NCBI GenBank assembly: GCA_012862495.1
Contig: BLSG01000291.1
Span: 25,509-70,018, forward strand
DNA: 44,510 nucleotides
Reading direction: 5' to 3'
DNA from: Thraustochytrium aureum
Lineage: Eukaryota
Position numbers and translations under genes: made by a program. This document shows positions 1 through 13,800 of this stretch, one piece after another. The notes under the pieces were generated by a model. The model saw nothing but the letters and a program-made list of their open reading frames with translations, was not told the DNA's origin and searched no databases. Positions within the stretch are counted from its first letter, which is position 1. Each line of letters begins with the position of its first letter.

Positions 1-130
1 GCCCACGCGCCCGCCCGCCCGCCCGCCCGCGCGGCCGGTTGTCGTGCGGCGCAGTCGACCAACTCGCGCCATTCCCACTCGCAGACTCCCTTCGCGTGAG
101 TCCGACGAAGGCAGCAGCGGCCGCGAACGG

Positions 131-1452
131 ATGGCGAAGAAGAGCGTCGCGGCGATCGATGCGGCGCGCGTCGCGACGGCCGTGGGGCTGATCCTCGCCG
201 GCTGCGGCGTCAACGTGGTCTTTTTGGTGAGTTTGGGGTGGTCTTGGCTCTCGGCGTGTTGGTTTGCTGGGCCGATCCGCCCAACCGTCGCGCCTGGCTG
301 GCTGGCTGCCGCGGCAACCATGGGCGGCGAGCGCTTGCGCAAGGCGCGAGGCAAGCGCGCTGACGGACGACGCGCCCCCGGCGTCGGCCACAGGAGCTCA
401 TCACGAAGCGGGATCCTGGCGCAGGCGCGCTGGTCACCTTTGCTCAGTTTCTGTTCGTGGCTTGCGCCGGATTGCCGAGCAACGCAAGACGGCACGGGCT
501 CCTGCCGCGGCTCAAGGAGAGGCAGATCCCGCTCTGGTTCCACATGTTGATTACTGGTGTATTCTTCGGGGTGTCCATCCTGAACAACATGGCACTAAAC
601 TTTGGCATCGCGATGCCGCTTCACATGGTCTTCAGGTCCAGCTCACTTGCTGCGTCGCTCTTGCTTGGGTACCTCGTCTTGCGCAAGCCGTACAGCGGCG
701 AGCAGGTCCGCGGGGTTCTTCTCGTCACGGCCGGCATCCTAGCAGCGACGGCCGCCGACGCCTACCAGAAACGAGCGCAGCTCCCCGGCTGCTGCGAGGA
801 CGGACCAGCGCCAGGCTGCGCGACCGAGCCGCACTGCGCTGCCGACCTGGACGCCGCAGACTCCAGCGCGCTAGTTGCCCAGGGACAAGCCTTTCAGCGC
901 TGGCTGGTCGGCCTCGCGATGCTGACCGCAGCGCTGTTCGGGAGCGCCGCACTTGGCCACATCCAAGAATGGGCGTACACTAGGTTTGGGAAGTGTTCCA
1001 GCGAGCTCAAGTTTTACTCGCACGCCCTGGCCTTGCCATACTTTCTAGCTCTCTCGCACAACGACATGATGCGCTGCGTCGCGGCCTGGAACTCGTCAGA
1101 GTCACTCGGCGATGCCTGCGAGGGGGCTGGCCCTGCAGCGGCGTGGCTCGCTCATCAGCTTCCAGAGCCCCTGGGCCGGGTCCCCGTCCTGTGGTGGCTC
1201 CTCGCTGGGAACGTCGCGTCTCAGATGGTCTGCATTAGCGCAGTGTACCGTCTCACGGAGGTCTCCTCCACGCTGACCTGCACGCTCACCATCACGGTGC
1301 GCAAGTTCCTCAGCATCATTTTTAGTGTCTTTTACTTTGGCAACGCGTTCTCTGCGGTGCACTGGGCCGGAACTGCGCTCGTCTTCGCAGGCGTAGCGAC
1401 TTATAGCGGCCTTCTCAGCAGGCCTGTGGACAAGGGCAGCAAGGCCGACTAA
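131..1452 (+). CDS. SLC35B4: UDP-xylose/UDP-GlcNAc transporter (SLC35B4/YEA4-like, UAA family); exons 131-226 and 394-1452
   Basis: Intron 227-393 (GTGAGT, branch GCTGAC, CAG) joins ...GCGVNVVFL to ELITKRDPGAGALVTFAQFLFVA in frame. Family motifs LNNMALNFGIAMPLHMVFRSSSL, LGHIQEWAY, KFYSHALALP and LTITVRKFLSIIFSVFYFGN; many TM helices. Confidence 0.9.
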
Positions 1453-1854
1453 CTAAACCTGCAGATTGGGACGAGAGCGAGACCCATCAAGCGGCCAAAG
1501 GGCTCCACGGCGGCCGCCTGCAAGGCTGGGCCCCAATCATCGCGCTTTCGATCCGCCTGCTGTCNNNNNNNNNNNNNNNNNNNNNNNNNNNNNNNNNNNN
1601 NNNNNNNNNNNNNNNNNNNNNNNNNNNNNNNNNNNNNNNNNNNNNNNNNNNNNNNNNNNNNNNNNNNNNNNNNNNNNNNNNNNNNNNNNNNNNNNNNNNN
1701 NNNNNNNNNNNNNNNNNNNNNNNNNNNNNNNNNNNNCACTCTTCTTCAGTTGGAAACCTTCTATCCCTAGCTAGAGTTCTTTGAATTGACCCGGGCCCTC
1801 GCCCGAACGACTCGCGCGCTTGGTCCTCGGCCACGCCCGCACGCCCCAGCCAGC

Positions 1855-4800
1855 CTACTTGTCCTTGTCGGGTATCGCGCGAAAGTCGCTCGTGCAGAGC
1901 CATTTGTTGCAGATAAACTCGTAAAAGGGGCCCTTGGGCGGGTTGTGGCCGTCCGTAGCGACTAGTACATTCATGCTCGTGACGGACCAGAGCGATCCCG
2001 CGCGGCCGGCCGTGCCGCTGTCCTCCCAGACCAGCTGCGGCTCGGCCGTCGACTCGGTCACCCAATGACGCGGCGCGCACCGCACCGCCTCTAGCGCGGG
2101 GGCTGGAGCTCGTCGTGCAGATGTGCCCGATCGACACAAAGTCCCGGCTTGGCGGCACGCCTGACCACACGTACAAATGGCGCGAGCCTTGCACCTTGCT
2201 CCACACAAGGTGGAAGCGCGACGGGTGCGGCAGCACCTTGGACACGATGGCCTTGTGCCGCTTCTTGCCAGAGAGCCCCATGACGCCTTGGTCTGTTACC
2301 TCGAGCAGCAGCCGGTCCAGGTTCTTGCCAGTGACCTTGTCCTTTGTCTTGTGGGGCTCCGTGTACCCTCGCGTCGCGTAGTGGGCAAGGGCGAAGAGCT
2401 CCTTCGTCCGCCCGAGGCGCGAGTACCAGGACAACTCGGTGTCCGGCGCCCACACCGATGCGCCCCAGATAACCGTTTTCAGGCTGCGCGTCGTCCACAG
2501 CTTGGTAAAAGCCGTGTGCTTGACGAGGCGAAATTTCACGTCCCGCAGCACGCTGACCTCGATTTGGCCCGTCTGTTCGGTTTCGTACTTTTTGTCCACC
2601 TCGCTCAGCTCGGCGATGTGCTGCTGGTCGATCACAATACGCTGGAAAATGCCGTCCGCGCCAATCCCAGCACCACCAGCGTCGCCGCCGCTGCTGAACG
2701 CTAAAAGCCCGAAAGGGTCGTCCTCCCCCGCACCCTGCCCCTGGCGCCCGGATTGGAGGATCGCCTTGGCTTGCGCCTGGACCGCATCCGCATCTGTGGA
2801 GTCCCCACCAACGAGCGGATCTGCCTCGCCGAGCTCGGGGTCCGTCAGCGCCTGCTTGAACTCGACAAAGTTGACATACCCAGCTGTGCCGGTCGACATC
2901 TCGCGCACAAAGTCGTGCACCTGCGAGGGGGTCAGATGCAGCCCCAGCCAGTTGAGCGCAGAGTACATCTCCGTGCAGCCGATCTGGCCGTTGCCGTCCG
3001 AGTCAAACGCGCGGAAGGCGTCGAGGATGAAGAGGCTGCGCGACATCAGGAGCTCGCGAATGCGCGCCACCGTGGCGCGGTACTGAAGCAAGTGGTACTG
3101 GTCCGGCGTTGTGAAGAGCTTGGCCACAGGTGTGTAGGCGACCTGCAGCTGTTTGCGTCGTCGGCAGCCGCGGATCTCAGTGAACCACACCTCGCGCTCC
3201 TTGCACGAGTTGTCCTGGATGGCTTGCAGCAGAGCACTGAGCTCCTTCTCTTGGTACCACATGTCCGAGTTGATAAAGCGCCAGCACTGGGCCGCTGTTA
3301 GGGTCTGGTACCGCCGCCCCGGCGAGTACATGGCGGACTCGTCCAGGACAACAAGAGACTCGGCGCCCTTGGCCTCGCCAAGACTGCCGCGCAGTACGCG
3401 CAGCGCGACAGCCGCGTTCGAGTGGTCGACAAAGCTCTTGTGCACCTGGCCTTCCGTCGAGATTGTCTTGCGCTTGTGCATCATCCTGCGCGCGTCTCCG
3501 CTTCAGCAAGCGACAAGGCCACGTAAAACCGGCCAGACTCGACCTGCTCGGCCATGCGCGAACGCACCAGAGCCTTGATGTCCTCAAACGTAATCTCAGC
3601 GCTGGCGATCGAGTCGCGCGTTAGTGCCACGCTGCTCGTGGTGCCGCTCCCGCTGCGCCCTTGCCGCTGAACCACGGCCTGGACAATGTCGCGCAGCTCC
3701 TTGCGACTCTCCAACTCCACCCCCATCGTCGAGAGCACCTCCCGCAGCTGGCTCGGTGTTATGTGGCCGCGGTTCTGGGCAAAGAGCTTGAACGTGCTGC
3801 GCAGCGTCTCTTCCTGCCCAATGGTAAGGTCACGCCCGCGGCTCCGGACCTCCCCCGAGCCCATCCCGCCTGCGCTCTTGCCGCCAAATCCGAGCATGGA
3901 GGCCAAGCCCTGGTCGGACCCGCTTGTGCCCGACTTGGCGTCGATGGCCTCGCCTGCCTCCACACCGAGACGGAGCATCGTAGTGTCGGGAATCCAGTCC
4001 AGCACAACGATCACGTTTTTGAGGCGTTTGTGCGTGTTGAGCGACCACTGCTGCTTGTAGTAGTTGCTCGACATGTAAAGGTAGTCTGGGAAGTGAATCG
4101 GCTTGGCGCGCACGCGGGAAGAACCGTACACCGCAAACTTCGAGGCAGGATAGAATCCCTGCAGCTCCTCGGCGGGCTGCAGGGCAAGTGTGCCCACGTC
4201 CCAGGACTTCAAGTACATGTCCTTCGAGTAGCGCTTCTTCTTGAACACCTCTGGCTCCTGCTCATTCTCCTGCTCCTGCTCCTGCTCTTGTTCCTGCTCC
4301 TGTTCCTGCTCCTGCTCTTGTTCCTGCTCCTGGACCTGCTCGCGGTCGAACGCGGCGTCCTGGCCTTGAAGCACCTCCTCCTCCTCGAGGATCTCCTGCT
4401 GAATCTCTGCCTGCACGTCGGCCTTGGTCTTGCTCCAGTGATTTGCCCCCCCGGCGTTGTTGTCGGTGTTGGCCACGACGCGCTGGATCTCGCTTACCTG
4501 CTTGATGTCCTCAGGCCCCGTAAGAAAGTGCTCGTGGCTTTGGATGAGGCTGGAAATCTTGTCGGCCAAGGGCCGCGGCTTGGGCACCACGTTGGCCACG
4601 CTGTAGTCAACACGCTCTCGAAAGACTTCCACCGACTCGGCAAGCGCAAGCCTCTCGTTTCCGTCTGGCGTGAAGCGCGTCTTCACGTATCGCGAGTACC
4701 GGCCCCCAGACAGCTCAAACCGGGTCTGCCCGTCGGCAAAGTCGGCGATAAGGGTCTTGAACGCTTGCTTTCTCCACACATTCCGGACGTTTTGTTCGCA

Positions 4801-7800
4801 CAACAGGTTGAACTGCAGCCTCTCGGTGTGCATCGAATTGACCACGAGCCAGGCACAGACTGCGCGCAAAAGCTCGGCGTCGTTGGCAGCCCCGCTGCGC
4901 CTCGCACCACCGCCGCCGCCAGCGTCGCCGAGAGCGCCAGCGGCTCTCGCTTCCTCGGACCCACCGCCTCGCTGCGGGATGTTGAGCATGTCCGGGCCGC
5001 TCTGCGCGTCTGCGATGGTCCGGCGCACCGCGGCGAGCTCCGGGCTTTGCATAATCGCAGCGCCGGCGGAACCGCCTCCAGAACAGCACTTGGCCAGCTC
5101 GGCGTCCATGAGGTGGAGCACCTCGGGGATGATCAAGAGGTGAATGGTTTGGCCCTTGCCGATGCCGCGCATGCGGAAGGCGCCTTGGGCGTAGTCACGG
5201 AACGTCATGTCTTTCCCCAAGGTCAAGGCAGCCTGAGCGCCGAGCGACTGCTTGATGTCCATTCCGGTCGTGTGGATCTGGTCGAAAAAGGAGAAGCGGC
5301 GGTGCTTGGGGAGACCGCACTGCTCGAGCTCCAGGACGCGCATCCCGTGTCGCAGCAAGATCATCTTGCGGTCTGACTCGTCCAGGAAGACGACGCCATC
5401 GTGCCCGGGGAGGCCAGCGCGGAGCAGGTAGGCGGCCACCTCCACGTTGGACATGCCGGTGATGAGCGCGCCAGTGTCCAGCAAGGCATGAAACTGCGGC
5501 TCGGCCGTGGCGATCAGGTCCAGCACGCCTAGCACGCTCCAGGCGCGGTCGAGGACCTCGTAAGAAACCACACGCGGGCTCGTCAGCAAGTGGATCATCT
5601 TGCCATCCGACCAGCCTCGTAGTGGCAGCGGCCCAGCTCGACGGGAAGCAGGTCGCTCGGCGTCCCAGAAAAGCCAAACCTCTGGTTGTACAAAAGCTCC
5701 CCGCCAAGCGCCTGCCCGCACGCTGAGAGCTTGATCCCTTGGTGCCTACAGGTCTGCGGAAAGACATACTCGTTCAAATAATGCTCCACAACGTGCGGGA
5801 GCTTCCACAACAGCCGGTACAACACGCGGATCTGCTCGGTGTCTTTCAGATCGATCAGTTGCAAAGGCCAAATATCCTGAAACATCTCCTCGTCGCTTCG
5901 CTTGCCGCCGAGGTACGCCGCGCGTCTCACAACGTCGCGCAGCGCGCTCGTGTCTTGGCCCCCCCGACCGGCCGTGCGCGAGTGGCCGCCCTTGTCAAAC
6001 TCGGGGGCCAGCTCGTCAAGGTCCCAGTCTTCACCAAGCAGGGCATCGATCCCGCCGTCCCCGGCCCCTGCAGCCTTGGCGATAAGCGTCGCCGAGCCTG
6101 CTGACGGGCCGGCCTCGTCGTCCTCGTCGTCCTCGTCGTCGCGCCTCTTGCGCTCTTCCTCGATCTCCTCGCGCCGCCGCTCGCCTCGCACCCGCCCGCC
6201 CGCAAGCCGGACCCAGCGCGAAAACAACTTGCAGGCCTCCCGGTTTCGGTACGGCCCCGTCTCGGTCTCCACGCGGGCCCGGAGCTCCTCGAGCACGGCG
6301 CGAAAGTCTGTAAAGCGGAGGCCTTCGTAGCGATAAGCCAAAATTGCGAGGCCAATGACCACGTCTGGGTGCGCGAATTCTGCCGCGCGCGACGGCACGT
6401 CCTTGCCAACAAAGGGCACCGCCAAGAGCCGACGCGACTCGGGCATGTTGGGGTCCTGGGCCAGGGCCCGGCGCAGGTCGCGCGGGTTGAGGAGGCCAAA
6501 GTGGACGCGGTTGATCTTGCTCAGCGCGTGGGGGAGAAACGAGCGGATCCAGTCGTGCCCCAAGTTTACCATCTTCATTTGCTCGTCGGTCAGGCAGCGG
6601 TTGATCTTGTCGGTGACGGAATCGCGCGCCCCGATGGAGCCCTTCATGAGGTACTCCACGAGTTCCTCGTTGCTCACGCCGACGATCTTGTGCTCCGTGA
6701 GCCAGATCAGCATCCATTGCGCCACCAGGGGCTTGATCGACTGGTTGTAAAACTGCTTGGAGACCAAAATCAGGTGCGGGGTGCGCTGCAGAAATTTCTT
6801 CTCGCACCCCTCGTCGATGGCCCGACGCATCTTGTCCAGGATCACGCGCGCCTCGCGCGAGTTTTCAAACTTGACAGTCATGCGCCGCTCCGTAGCGAAG
6901 AGGATGGCGTCGAGCAAGTGGAAGGGGATCCTCCAGCGCAGCCCGGTGATGAGCCCGTTCGTGCGCGTAAAGTCAAGCGGCTCCTTTTGGCCCATGGGCC
7001 AGTTCAGCTCGCTCTTGAGCGGGTGGAGGATGAGATCCACTTCGTCGAGAATGAGCGAGCCCGTGCGAAAGAGGGAGAGGATGCGAACGCACGTCTGCGC
7101 CTGCGTCTGCAGCACGCGGAGCATCCGCGTGTTGTCCTGCATCTGCTGATCGCCACGCACCGCAGTATGCAGTCGCCGACCGAGCACGCCGAAGAAGGAC
7201 ATCTCGCTGGTGTCCTTGCCGTCCGCGATGGCCGCCTTGAGTGCGAGGATCGCATTGACGGTCTCGACAAACTTTAGCGTGAACGACTTGATCGCCGTTG
7301 GCGTGGAGATCACGACGCCGCGCGCCGCCTTGGCTTTGAGCAGCTTTTGGTACAGCACCTTCGAGGGCGGCTTGAACCGGTCGTACGTGAACGTGTACAC
7401 CTGCTTTTGGATCACGGCAGAAAAGCAAGACCGCATCACTGAGCACGAGAACTGGAAGAGCGCCCGAGGGACGACCTGCATAACAAGCGGCGAGTGGACG
7501 TCGCTCCCGAGAAGCAGAGCGAGCAGAGGCGCAACAACGGTCGTCTTACCTGCGCCCATAAGCATTTGGTTGCACCGCGAGTCCCCCGTCTTGATTGCAA
7601 TCTTGAACTGCTCCACGAGCTCGACCTGCGGACCGCGAAGGAGGATGTCCTGCATGAACTCGAACACGAGCAGGCGCGGGTCGTACCGAAGTCGGAGAGA
7701 CGTCTGCCCCGTGCTCTCGCTGCGGCGCTCCTCAACAGTGATAAACTTGCGCGGCGCAGAGAGCTGCGCCGCCAGCTCCGAGGCCGTCAGCTCGAGCTCC

Positions 7801-10800
7801 ATTTTGTAGTTGGAAACATTTTCGATCTGCTCCACATCGAATGAGGTGCTGGCAGTGCACGCATGGTGGATTTGGCCGAGAATACGCAGGATCGAGGTCG
7901 CCTCGGCCACGCAGCGCGACAGTTGCCCAGCGCGGTTCGTGGCCAGCATCACGCATGCGACGAGGTCCTCGAGGCGCTGCACATCCGAGTCGCTCAAGAA
8001 CGGGTTGAGACGCTTGAGCTCGCTGTACCCGCGCGTGGAGAGCATCGTGCCGATCAGCAGCGAGAGCCAAAGAACGGCCTCCTGGCCGTGCGTGCGCGCG
8101 AACAAAACGCCAATTTTGCGCCTGTGCTCCAAGTCGACCTCCTCGGTGGCGTGTGCGGGTGGGGCGCTTGCGTTGATTTGGTTGGCGAGCCGCAAGACCT
8201 CCTCGATACCTTTGGCAGAGAAATCGTTGTCTTTGCGGAGTTGGGCGTGTAGGCGCTCGAGAAGGGCGCGTGTCGCCACTTCGGCGCGCTGAAGCGCGCT
8301 CGTGCTCTTGACCATCTCTGCAATCTCTGGCTGCGAGAAGCCCTTGAGCATGAAACTGTGGACGCGCGCGTCAGAGTCGGCAAAGTACCGGACGTCATCC
8401 GAGAGCCGTCGGAGCATGCTTTTGGCCACGTGCGCGCGCGCGTTCGGATGCGCTTCCACAGAAAAGGGAAGACCTTTTGGCCCTGCGCTGGCCCCCATGC
8501 CGGCAACGTCGCCGGCGGCCTGCGCCTGTGGCGTCGCAGGCGCACCCGCCACTCGCTCGACAACGTCGGGCAACACGGCGAGGATCGGCGTTGTTGCAAA
8601 CCCACGGAGGTCATCGTCAGTGACGCGCGCAGTGCTGTCGATATCACCGGACGCAGCTCGCGCTCCTCACATGCGTGGTCGAAGACTCGCGGGGCAACGA
8701 GCATGCGGTCAGCACTCGGACCGGTCCCAAGCAGGTCGCTCGGAGCGCGGCACTCGAGTACCATGGCGACCTCGAAGAGCGGCGGCGGCGAGCTAGGTGC
8801 CGAGCCCGCAACCGTGCCTTGTCCTTGACCACCTGGTCGCGAAACCCTGTCAGGAGGCGCTGCAGCACGCTCTGGCCGCGAAAGATGGTCGATATCTTGA
8901 ACTTGCGCGCGTCCTCAAAGCGCGGCACAACCGCGGCGAGCGGGCGATTGGAAGCCAGCACGCGAAGCATGGAGTTGAGCATGTCTGGCCCCTTGGTGTC
9001 CCGCGCGGGCAAGAGACGAAGGAGAACTGCGCCCCAGTTGTACGGAGAGTCGCCAGGAAGAACCTTGAAGGGCACCTGCTCAGTCATGAGCTCGTACAAG
9101 AACAGGAAGCCGAGGCTGTCGCTCCCGCCGTGCAGCCGCATACGGCCTGGCCGTGTCCACTTGGTGAGTCGCATTAAAGCTGGAAGCCCGCTCAACTCTT
9201 CGTCTTTGGGCCGCGTGTACGACAGCGCTGCCATCTTCTTAATGACAGAGTCGGTCGCTGCAAAGCAGGTTTCGTCCTTGACGACGTCAAAGTTGTAGAC
9301 CGTGGGGTTGTCCGGGCAAAGCACCTGGACGATGAAGCTCTGCTCGGGGGCGCTTTGTTGCTGGGCGTCAAGCTTGTGCAGGTAGTTGATGCGATTCACG
9401 AGGATGTGGTTCACCTCCTCGCGGTAAAGACGCGCGGCGCGCTCGGCTTGGATTGCGGCGGCCTCCAAGGCGTCAGCGGCGAGCTCGGCTGGGTCTTCGT
9501 CGGCGTCCGGGTCGGCCTCCCCGCCCTCGTTGTCGTCGCTGTCGTTGCCGGCGGCGGCACTGGCACTAGCGCTGGCCCCGGCACCGGCGGGAGACTTTGC
9601 AGCTGAAGCAGCTGGGCCGCCCTTGGCAGGGGAAGCTGCTTGAGGCGCTTCCTTCAGCGCGGCCGCCTCCTCCTCGGCCTCGTCGACGCCGGAGGAGTGA
9701 AGCTCAAGAAGCAGCATCTCCTCCTCGCGCGTGAGGCGGCAGGCGCCAGACACGTGGGGAAGGCGGCTCAAGTAGGTAACGAGCTCGTCAGAGATGGTCC
9801 ACGGAATGAGCTTGGCCATCTCGGTCCCCGCCGTGACGAGCATCAACTTGAGCCGGCAGGCAACGGCGTCCGTCCGCACGTCTCCTCGCTGAACGCGCAC
9901 AACTTGCTTAACAAGCTGGCGCTCCTCTGGCGTCAGCGAGGTGTCAGCAACGCAAAAGTCGGCGAGGCGAAACGCGAGGTCAAAGTGGCCGGAAACCATG
10001 TGCAGGAGCATCAGGTAGAGCGCGGACGAGAGGGTTGGCGTGAAGAGGAACGAGCGCGAAGAGTGGACCGGGTAAAGGTAGTGCATCGAGCTGCGAGAGC
10101 GGGGGTCCTCCAGGTTACGAACCCACTTTTCATCGTTGCGCTCCAGCACGAGCTCAACCGCGTTGAACCCGCCCGGTCCGCGGTGGAGACGACGCGTCGG
10201 CTTTGCCGCCGCGGGCAGCAGCACGTGCAGGGTTTTGTCCCCGGAGCGCTGCAGCACGACCCCGTGTGGGATGCCACGCAAAAGCTCTTGCGCCATCTTG
10301 CTCTTGCGAAGCGCGTTGCTCAAAAAGAGGCCTGCGTGGTCGTTGCAGAACAGTCGGATCTCGGTCTTCCCATTCACTTGCTGCTCGGTTGCAGAAAAGG
10401 TTAGTCCGAGGCGTGGCAGCTCGATGATGTCGATGCGGGAGGTTTGCGTTGCCCCATTTTCGTCCGCGTTAGACCACGCCAAGATGTGGGTCAGGTTGTC
10501 TAGTCGCAACAGGACCTCGCAGAGATCCTTGAGCGGACCAGGCTCCCCAGCACAGACCTGCATGAGGTCCACCAGCACACGTGGCTGGCCTGCCGGGTCG
10601 GGCCTGTCGGCGGCCCCAAGTCCCAGCCTAGCGTTGATCTCTGCCTCCATGTTGGCGTCCGCGGCCTCGTCGTCAATCGGGTCGGAGTCGCCGTCTTGCT
10701 GTTCGTCGTCATCCTCGTGGTCTTCGGCGTCGTGCTCGTCCTCGGAGTCGAGCCCATCGGACTCGAAGAAAGCGCGACGCCGCGCACGACGCCTCGACGC

Positions 10801-13800
10801 GGCGCGGTTGGACGCAACATTGTCAGCGGCCGCCGCGACGGCTACTGCGTCCTCTTCATCGGCGCCAAGGACCGCGCCTGATGAGGTGGCTTCAACCTTG
10901 AGCGGTACACGGATGATGACAGCCCGTGCTGGTGGCGCTGCAAATCCGATCAACTCCTCTGCGCTTGTCTGGGCGTCTGGGCCAAACGTCTTTTTGAGCA
11001 GATCAAGCCCGCGGCGCGCAGACGAGACGACGCTCGTTGTGACGCTTCCCTTGGACTCCATTTTCTGAAGGCGTATCCGCAGCTGGTATCGCTCCCGCGC
11101 CCCACCAGCGGCAGGGCGGCCCGATTGCTGAGACTTTTGGTAGCCAACAATCTCCTTGGTCGTCACATTTTGCCAGAAGACAAACTCGTCAAGGAGCGCT
11201 TGCGGAATGAGCCCCGAGAGGTGCCGGTCAGGAACAAAAACCTGGTGCCCCATCGCTGCTGAGAGGTTGCGCGAAAATCACAAGCGACGGCATTGGCGGC
11301 GTTGGACGCAGCAGGAACCGGGAGCGCCCCCGAGAACGCCCTGGCCCGACCCGCGCAGTTGTTGCATGGTGCGGCTCGCGTCCGACGAGTAGATCAGGGA
11401 CGAATAGTAACGTCGCCCGTGCTCGACGACGTCGAAGAGATGCAGCAAGCGCGGCTCGCCGAATCNNNNNNNNNNNNNNNNNNNNNNNNNNNNNNNNNNN
11501 NNNNNNNNNNNNNNNNNNNNNNNNNNNNNNNNNNNNNNNNNNNNNNNNNNNNNNNNNNNNNNNNNNNNNNNNNNNNNNNNNNNNNNNNNNNNNNNNNNNN
11601 NNNNNNNNNNNNNNNNNNNNNNNNNNNNNNNNNNNNNNNNNNNNNNNNNNNNNNNNNNNNNNNNNNNNNNNNNNNNNNNNNNNNNNNNNNNNNNNNNNNN
11701 NNNNNNNNNNNNNNNNNNNNNNNNNNNNNNNNNNNNNNNNNGAGACTGCCCGTCGCGCCTGGCCCGCCGCCGCGCTGCTCGCACCACGCCCCCATGGCAG
11801 GCTTGCATGAGCGGCGTCAAAGCATCAATGACCCACCGCTCGTACGAGTGCAACTGGGCAGGGTAAACCCTTGAGAAGGGCGGTCGCGGAGCGCGCAAAT
11901 CTGGGGCCCAAAGCTGCAGGTCATGGCGCCGACCTACGAGGCGGATCCAAGTTCTCTGCGTAGTGTTCTTGACCTCCGCGCTGTGCAGGCCACGCTCGGC
12001 GAGGTGCTCCCCGAACACGCTCACGAAGTCAGCAAACTCGCACATCTCCTCATCCACCGGCTCGACGCGGTGCTTTTTCAGCGTGAACTCGCCAAGCTGC
12101 ACGTTGATCTCAGTATCCACTTTCTGCAATGACGCGTGGCGTAAATACGCTTCGAAGGTTTTGTGCTCCAATTCGTTTGAGCCCACTGCGCCACCACCCT
12201 GTGCGGCATCGGTGCCCCCCGTCTCGGTTTCAGGGGTGAAGCGTCCGAGGCAGTGCCGCGAGACGAGCGAGTTCCACAAGCGCACCCCTCCGACCAGCGC
12301 TGCCGTCGGGGACTGCGCTGGACGATTTGGGGAGCGCGCGGCGGCCGCGTTGCTTGTGGAAGGCGGCTGCGCCTCAGACTTGAACATGCTGTTTTGGTCG
12401 TTGATGAGCACGGAGACGGTGTACTCCATAATCTCGTTGGTCGCTTCCTTGTGCGCGAGCAGCCAGTTCAACAGCCCAACGCGGTGGCGCTGGAAAACGT
12501 TGATGAGCTCAAGCTCGTCGAGACCGAGGCGAGGACCGCGCTTTGCTACGCCAGAGCGCTTCTTCTCCTCCTCGAACGCTTGCGTGCTGAGCCCACCAGA
12601 TACCATGTCCCCGTACTTGGCGACGCGTGGCTCGGCAGCAATGCGGTACGAGGCTGTCAAGAAGACTTGTGAACATAAAAGCGTTTTCGCCGCGAGCCCT
12701 GCGATGGAGCGAATGTGATCTTGCGCCTCAGAAGCGGCCGCCTTGTCGCTCGCAGCGGCAGGATCCTCTTTGGACTCTTCTTGCGCGATGCTGCTGCCGG
12801 CCTTGGCAGCATCTCCGTCCTTATCGTCAGCTCCAGGAACGGGTTCTGGCGCTGCAGACAAAAAGTCAAAGCCTGAGGAGCTGTTGAACTGCTCGAGGAC
12901 AGATATCGTTTCTGCAGCGGACAGCTCGTCGTTGTCGTCGCCGCCCCAGTTGGTCTCCTTGAAAAAGGTGGCCATGTGGGCTTGAAGAATACACATGCGC
13001 CGAATGTCGCCTGCTTCCGTTGAGCGGCGCAGCCAGCTTGCAAGCATTGGCAAGACGCGCCCAAGCAGCAGGAGGCGCCATCGCGCCACAACCGCTGCGA
13101 GCTGGTCTGCGAGCTCGCGAGGGCACTCTATCCCTCTGATGAACGAGCCGGCGAGGGCCTGCGTAATCGCCGAACCGCGCCCCTTTTCGTGCCAAGTAGA
13201 GAACTGGATCAGGCACTGCATGTATGCGTAAACTCTGATGGTGAGGCGAACGACGTAAAGAGCAGCTGGAGAAGAGGTCTGCGAGAAGCGACCTGTGTCC
13301 ACTTCGAGCATGTTGTTGAGCATCTCCTCTATAGGACCAACGACTGACTTGTGCGAGTAGCGAAGCTCGTTGAAGAGGAGTCCCAGCGGGGTAGCCTGGA
13401 CCTGCTCCGGCCTGTCACAGGGGACAATCGTGATGTGCTCCTTTTCGGCGCCGTCGCGCTGCCACTCGCCGGGCTCGAACAACGCGCAGTCGAGCATTTC
13501 CATCAGCTCGTCGCTCGCAAGGGCCAGCGTGTGTTCCTGCGAGGCGAAGAACTGCAGGATTAGCGGGATCCGCAAGTACGGGACAGTGAGGTACTGGATG
13601 AGCAGCTCTGCGTTGCTGGCAGTGATACGGCCTCCGAAATCGGGAAGCTCGTGCACATGGAGCACGTCGTCCTCGGTCTCGATGGGAACTCCTGCCAGGT
13701 ACGACGGGTTCGCCATCGAAGGCGGGGCGCGCGGCTCCTGCTTGAAGAAGATGGTCTTGATCCGGCGAAAGATAGACTTGTACCAGGGCGTCTTGCCGTC

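Noticed and set aside
3661..5376. 571-aa plus-strand ORF
   Set aside because: Antisense shadow of the giant gene; its poly-Leu is just the complement of the EQ repeat.
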